NCBI RefSeq assembly: GCF_000025505.1
Contig: NC_013849.1
Location: forward strand, 1,710,001 to 1,742,000
DNA: 32,000 nt
Reading direction: 5' to 3'
Origin: Ferroglobus placidus DSM 10642
Lineage (GTDB): Archaea > Halobacteriota > Archaeoglobi > Archaeoglobales > Archaeoglobaceae
Made by a program: the position numbers and the translations under genes. This document shows, in pieces, positions 28,072 to 32,000 of the stretch. The first letter of the stretch is position 1; each line of letters begins with the position of its first letter. Below the pieces are notes generated by a model. It did no database searches. It had not been told where the DNA came from and was given only the letters and a program-made list of their open reading frames with translations.

Positions 28072-28896
28072 ATGAACATAGTTCCGGGAAACGCGTCTCC
28101 GATCCTTTCTTCGAGAATTGCCGAAAAGACTGGCGGAAAGTTGATAGAAGCTGAATACAAACGTTTTCCAGACGGAGAACTTTACGTTAGGATCAAAGAG
28201 ATTCCCGATGATTGCGTAGTCGTTCAAAGCATAAATTCCAACGACGATCTCGTGTATTTAATTCTCGTTCTCGACGCCTTAGAAAATTCCGACGTAACTC
28301 TCGTCGTTCCCTACATGGGTTACGCAAGGCAAGATAAGAAGTTCCTCGAAGGAGAGGCTGTAAGCATCAGGGCTGTGGCGAAAATTCTCGAGAGCTATGC
28401 TGAAAGAATTTTTACGGTGAACATCCACAGTAAAGATGCTGAAAGCTGGTTCAAAAAGCTTGAAAATCTCGATGCGATGCCTCTTATCGGAGAAAAATAT
28501 AAAGGAAAGGATGTGGTGATGATAGCTCCTGACAAAGGTTCTCTCGAAAGAGTTAAGGTTGCTGCGAAGTACGCTGGATGCGACTACGATTATCTGGAAA
28601 AGAGGAGAGTTGACGCAGAGACGGTGGAAATTTTTCCCAAAAAATTGGAAGTGGAGGGGAGAGACGTTGTGATCGTTGACGACATCATCTCGACCGGCGG
28701 AACGATCGTTGAAGCAGTTAAAAATCTGGAAGCGAAAAGCGTTGAAGTTGCTTGCGTTCACGCTGTTCTTGCTGGAAACGCTTTGAACAGGATATATTCT
28801 GCCGGAGTTAGAAAGGTTGTGGCGACCGATACAGTCGAAAAAGCTGTAAGCGAAATAACCGTCTCATCTCTTATTTCGGAGGTGCTGCAATGCTAA
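28072..28896 (+). CDS. prs: Ribose-phosphate pyrophosphokinase
   Basis: KRFPDGELYVRI, LVVPYMGYARQDKKFLEGEAVS, DVVIVDDIISTGGTIVEAVK. Confidence 0.96.
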   Translation: MNIVPGNASPILSSRIAEKTGGKLIEAEYKRFPDGELYVRIKEIPDDCVVVQSINSNDDLVYLILVLDALENSDVTLVVPYMGYARQDKKFLEGEAVSIRAVAKILESYAERIFTVNIHSKDAESWFKKLENLDAMPLIGEKYKGKDVVMIAPDKGSLERVKVAAKYAGCDYDYLEKRRVDAETVEIFPKKLEVEGRDVVIVDDIISTGGTIVEAVKNLEAKSVEVACVHAVLAGNALNRIYSAGVRKVVATDTVEKAVSEITVSSLISEVLQC

Positions 28897-29291
28897 GCTT
28901 TGAAGTGGAAGTGTGGTTCGGGGATGTGGTTTCTTTCGGGCACGTGAACAACGTGGCTATAGCGAGATACCTTGAGACTGCGAGGGTTAAGTACTTCATG
29001 GAGAAACTCGGATACAAAAAGCTCGAACCTATCTTCGTTTTGAGGAGGATCGAGATAGATTACCTCTCACCGCTTTACTTGGGAGAAACAGCGGTTGTCG
29101 AAATATGGGTCGAGAGAGTTGGCAACACGAGTTTCGATTTCGGATACAGAATTTACGAAAAGAAGAGCGGGAGAGAAGTAGTTAAAGCCAAGAGCGTTCA
29201 GGTTTGGTACGATGTGAGGGAGAACAAAAAACTTCCAATTCCCGAAGATGTAAAGGAAATTATGGTTAAAGATGCGAGGAGAGGAGAATGA
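28890..29291 (+). CDS. Thioesterase of the 4-hydroxybenzoyl-CoA thioesterase (hotdog) family
   Basis: [72 protein letters not shown]. Confidence 0.88.
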   Translation: MLSFEVEVWFGDVVSFGHVNNVAIARYLETARVKYFMEKLGYKKLEPIFVLRRIEIDYLSPLYLGETAVVEIWVERVGNTSFDFGYRIYEKKSGREVVKAKSVQVWYDVRENKKLPIPEDVKEIMVKDARRGE

Positions 29292-30427
29292 AATACCTAA
29301 TTTTGATCCCCGACGGTTTAGCTGATTGGAGCATCGAGAAACTCGGAGGAAAAACACCTCTCGAATACGCCCAGACGGAAAACATGGACTTCATAGCCAG
29401 AGAGGGAATTTGCGGAATTGCCAAAACGATTCCGGAAGGATTCGAGCCGGGAAGCGACATAGCGAATTTGTCAATTCTCGGAGTCGATCCGAGGAAGTAT
29501 TACACCGGAAGAGGACCGATAGAGGCTTTGGCTAAGGGAATTAAAGGAGACGTCATTTTCAGGTGCAATCTGGTTTACATCGAAAACGGGGTGATGGTGG
29601 ATTACAGCGGAAACAGAATTACGGATAAGGAAGCGAAGGAGGTGATCAGAGAACTAAACGAAAATAAGCCTTTCGACTTCGTCGAATTCCATCACGGCTT
29701 CGCTTTCAGAAACCTTCTCGTCGTTAACGGAATTGAAGGGAACGCTAAAACCTTCCCGCCCCACGACATAATGGGGGAGAAAATCGAGAAGTATCTTCCC
29801 TCTAACGGTGAGCTTGCAGAGCTTTTGAGAAAGCTAATATACTGGAGCATGGAGTTCTTGCCAGACGTAAGCGAGAAGGTCAACGCTGTGTGGCCCTGGA
29901 GCGGGGGAAAACTTCCGAAAATGCCGAGCTTCGAGGAAATGCACAAGCTGAGAGGGTGCATAATTTCCGAAGTAGATTTGCTCTACGGAATTGCCAACGC
30001 GCTGAAAATGGATTCTCTTAAAGTTGAAGGTGTGACAGCTTTCGTCGACACGAACTACAAAGGTTTGGCTAAAGCTGCGATAAAAGCTTTGAGTAAGTAC
30101 GACCTCGTCGTTCTTCACACTGAAGGAATAGATGAAGCTGGACATGAAGGTGACGTGGAGCTGAAGGTTGAGGCTATAGAGCTTTACGACGAGAAAATCG
30201 TCGGATACATAATAGACAGAATAGATCTCGAAGACACTAAGATCATGCTTCTTCCCGACCACCCTACTCCGATAAAGGTGAGAACCCACGTGGCTGAGCC
30301 GGTGCCCGTGGCTATTTACTGCGAAAGAAAGGATGACGTGAAGAGATACAGCGAAAAAGATTGCAGAAGAGGAAAACTTGGACTTGTAAACGCTACGGAG
30401 CTAATAAAAATAATGAAAAGGGTTTAA
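29288..30427 (+). CDS. apgM: 2,3-bisphosphoglycerate-independent phosphoglycerate mutase (archaeal type)
   Basis: [38 protein letters not shown]...[30 protein letters not shown]; [14 protein letters not shown]; LPDHPTP. Confidence 0.95.
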   Translation: MKYLILIPDGLADWSIEKLGGKTPLEYAQTENMDFIAREGICGIAKTIPEGFEPGSDIANLSILGVDPRKYYTGRGPIEALAKGIKGDVIFRCNLVYIENGVMVDYSGNRITDKEAKEVIRELNENKPFDFVEFHHGFAFRNLLVVNGIEGNAKTFPPHDIMGEKIEKYLPSNGELAELLRKLIYWSMEFLPDVSEKVNAVWPWSGGKLPKMPSFEEMHKLRGCIISEVDLLYGIANALKMDSLKVEGVTAFVDTNYKGLAKAAIKALSKYDLVVLHTEGIDEAGHEGDVELKVEAIELYDEKIVGYIIDRIDLEDTKIMLLPDHPTPIKVRTHVAEPVPVAIYCERKDDVKRYSEKDCRRGKLGLVNATELIKIMKRV

Positions 30428-30864
30428 ACTCTTCTCAGCTCCACGAGAGTTAGTTTTTTACCGTTTTTGCAATCGACGTTACCCCCTATAACCTTCTCGA
30501 CGACGAAAGCATCGTTTTCGAACTCTATAGGATTGCAGAGGTTGTAATAAACGCAGCTTACGTCCGAGCAATTTCCTTCTATGGATATCTTCATTCCCTC
30601 CACAGCCATTTTTGGCTCCACCGCTACTATTAGGGGAACTTCGACCACTTCAACCGCCACAACTCCCTCGTCGTGCAACGGGCACGGATGGACATCTCCG
30701 TTCCGTAATCCGACGATCTTGTACTTACCCCCTTTTTTAAGCTTCAAACAAACCTTATTGATCTTGCAATTTTCACACTCCTTTCCACCACCGAGATACG
30801 TGAATTCAACTCCAATTTCAGCCCAATCTTTACCGCATACGGTAATTATTTTTTGAGCGTCCAT
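30424..30864 (-). CDS. UPF0179-like Cys-rich protein of unknown function
   Basis: [41 protein letters not shown]...[10 protein letters not shown]...[16 protein letters not shown]; alternative upstream ATG at 30873. Confidence 0.8.
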   Translation of the reverse strand: MDAQKIITVCGKDWAEIGVEFTYLGGGKECENCKINKVCLKLKKGGKYKIVGLRNGDVHPCPLHDEGVVAVEVVEVPLIVAVEPKMAVEGMKISIEGNCSDVSCVYYNLCNPIEFENDAFVVEKVIGGNVDCKNGKKLTLVELRRV

Positions 30865-30928
30865 CAGCACCACCTTTGCAGAATTATAGTAAGTTTTTCA
30901 TCTGCAAAGTATTAAAATTTGTCTGAAG

Positions 30929-31870
30929 ATGAAGGTAGCTGAAAAAATTTTGGATGAGCTTAGGAAAAGTAAGGAGCGTGGTTTGCTTCAGTCGGAACTT
31001 GTTAGAAGGATCGGAGCTTCGAAATCAACGGTCTCGGATGTTCTTTCCGAGCTTGAAGGAAAAGGAATCGTCGTGAGAGAGAAGGAAGCTGGAAAATCGC
31101 TGAGGGTTTGGTTAGCCGAGTTTTATCCAAAACCAATAAAAGGTAAGCTGAAACTTGGAATTTTAAAATCCTCCGAGTACGCGTGCCTCTTAAGCAGATT
31201 TAGAGGAATCGTAAGAGTTTACAACAACGCTATGGACTTAACGAGGGATCTCGTTCTCGGAAGAATAGATCTTGCCGCATCTCCTTTCGTAACGCAGGTT
31301 ATGTTTGGCGTAATGATGAAAAACATCAGAATAGTTAGGGGAGTAGCTTACAACGGCTCGGGAGTCGTTTTTGGAGACGAAAAAAATGGAATCTTTGGCT
31401 CGAGCGAACTTTCGGCTATGGAAATAATGCTCAGACTCGTGAAAGACGAAATAGGTTTGAAAAAATTCCGCTACTTCTCATCTCCGGAAGAAATGATCTC
31501 CTCCCTTAAATATTTAAACGGCATAGGTATTTGGGAGCCCTATTTTTCATCTCTGGACAGAGACAAAGTTTTTTTCAAAGACATAATCGGCGATCATCCT
31601 TGCTGCACTCTTGCGGTGAATGTAGAGAGCTTCGAGGAAAACAAAAGCTTAATTAAGGATTTTCTCGCCGACTACGATAAAGCCAAGCCGAACGCTGAAA
31701 AACTCGCTGAAATCTGCGGATTTAGTAAGGAAGATGTTGAGAAGAGTTTGAAAAGCTACATCTTCGTGAAAGAGGTTAGGGAAGATGAGCTCATCGATTT
31801 TTTGAAGCTCGCCAAGATAGAGATTTCGAGGGAGAGCTTAGAGTCCCTCTTTGAACTTCAAAATGTCTGA
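30929..31870 (+). CDS. Winged-helix transcriptional regulator fused to a periplasmic-binding (SsuA/NMT1-like) ligand domain
   Basis: N-terminal ERGLLQSELVRRIGASKSTVSDVLSELEGKGIVVREKEAGKSLRVWL; C-terminal part KLKLGILKSSEYACLLSRFRG...DLTRDLVLGRIDLAASPFVTQVMFG resembles type 2 binding proteins; no signal peptide. Confidence 0.7.
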   Translation: MKVAEKILDELRKSKERGLLQSELVRRIGASKSTVSDVLSELEGKGIVVREKEAGKSLRVWLAEFYPKPIKGKLKLGILKSSEYACLLSRFRGIVRVYNNAMDLTRDLVLGRIDLAASPFVTQVMFGVMMKNIRIVRGVAYNGSGVVFGDEKNGIFGSSELSAMEIMLRLVKDEIGLKKFRYFSSPEEMISSLKYLNGIGIWEPYFSSLDRDKVFFKDIIGDHPCCTLAVNVESFEENKSLIKDFLADYDKAKPNAEKLAEICGFSKEDVEKSLKSYIFVKEVREDELIDFLKLAKIEISRESLESLFELQNV

Positions 31871-32000
31871 AAGCTTCAACACGGAAATTGGATTCAGAGA
31901 ACTTTCTTCTCTGTCAACAGCACAGGAGAAAGCCACGACTTCAGCGTTGAATTTTTTCAACCTCTCCTCTATCGATTTGGCTGATGAGCCAGTTGTGATA
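31838..32000 (-). CDS. pyrE: 3' end of a PyrE-like orotate phosphoribosyltransferase gene (truncated at window end)
   Basis: Minus-strand translation ITTGSSAKSIEERLKKFNAEVVAFSCAVDREESSLNPISVLKLSDILKFKEGL*, with end of PRPP-binding motif, AEVV..., DRxE and LxLSDIL. Confidence 0.65.
   Translation of the reverse strand, partial: ITTGSSAKSIEERLKKFNAEVVAFSCAVDREESSLNPISVLKLSDILKFKEGL

Noticed and set aside
29326-29535. 69-aa ORF within apgM
   Set aside because: Alternate frame of a strongly conserved gene with no recognisable protein character.
1-32000. CRISPR arrays, restriction-modification, retron, prophage or novel defence cassette
   Set aside because: No periodic repeats, no cas/RM/RT/integrase motifs on either strand; apart from the vapB/MCP region, gene content is metabolic, translational or envelope related.

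Overview
This 32-kb window is a dense, mostly housekeeping stretch of a euryarchaeal chromosome. Protein character and gene content fit the Archaeoglobales, possibly Ferroglobus or a relative; that is an inference, not a database result. It contains: a 5'-truncated CobY-like nucleotidyltransferase; pcm; an ornithine cyclodeaminase/alanine dehydrogenase family gene; a Dph6-like ATPase; an oxidative-stress cassette (superoxide reductase, rubredoxin, flavodiiron protein); a BioD/DRTGG-like protein; a minus-strand block of argS, aRF1, cis-prenyltransferase, DUF2551-like protein, radical SAM protein and class I lysS; a VapB-like antitoxin with a truncated VapC; a methyl-accepting chemotaxis protein (MCP) in an AT-rich island; rpl40e; manC-like; a seven-gene trp cluster (C-D-E-G-F-B-A); tRNA-Val(GAC); mdh; pdxS-pdxT; a Wzx-like flippase; archaeal PPAT; prs; a thioesterase; apgM; UPF0179; a wHTH/substrate-binding-domain fusion; and the 3' end of a pyrE-like PRTase gene. 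Two small genes absent from the ORF track because of its length cut-off are rubredoxin (3068..3229) and ribosomal protein L40e (14974..15126). The main accessory region is 11.93-14.93 kb. There an AT-rich MCP gene sits between imperfect outward-facing terminal inverted repeats (GGGGGTGTCCAACAATTTAA / GAGCGTGTCCAATAATTCAA, 16/20 matching) flanked by an exact 8-9 bp direct repeat (AATTCATC[G]), which suggests a degenerate transposon-like unit of about 2.65 kb with an MCP passenger. Just upstream is an orphaned vapB whose likely promoter carries a perfect 14-bp palindrome. I found no CRISPR array, no intact transposase and no recognisable novel defence system.
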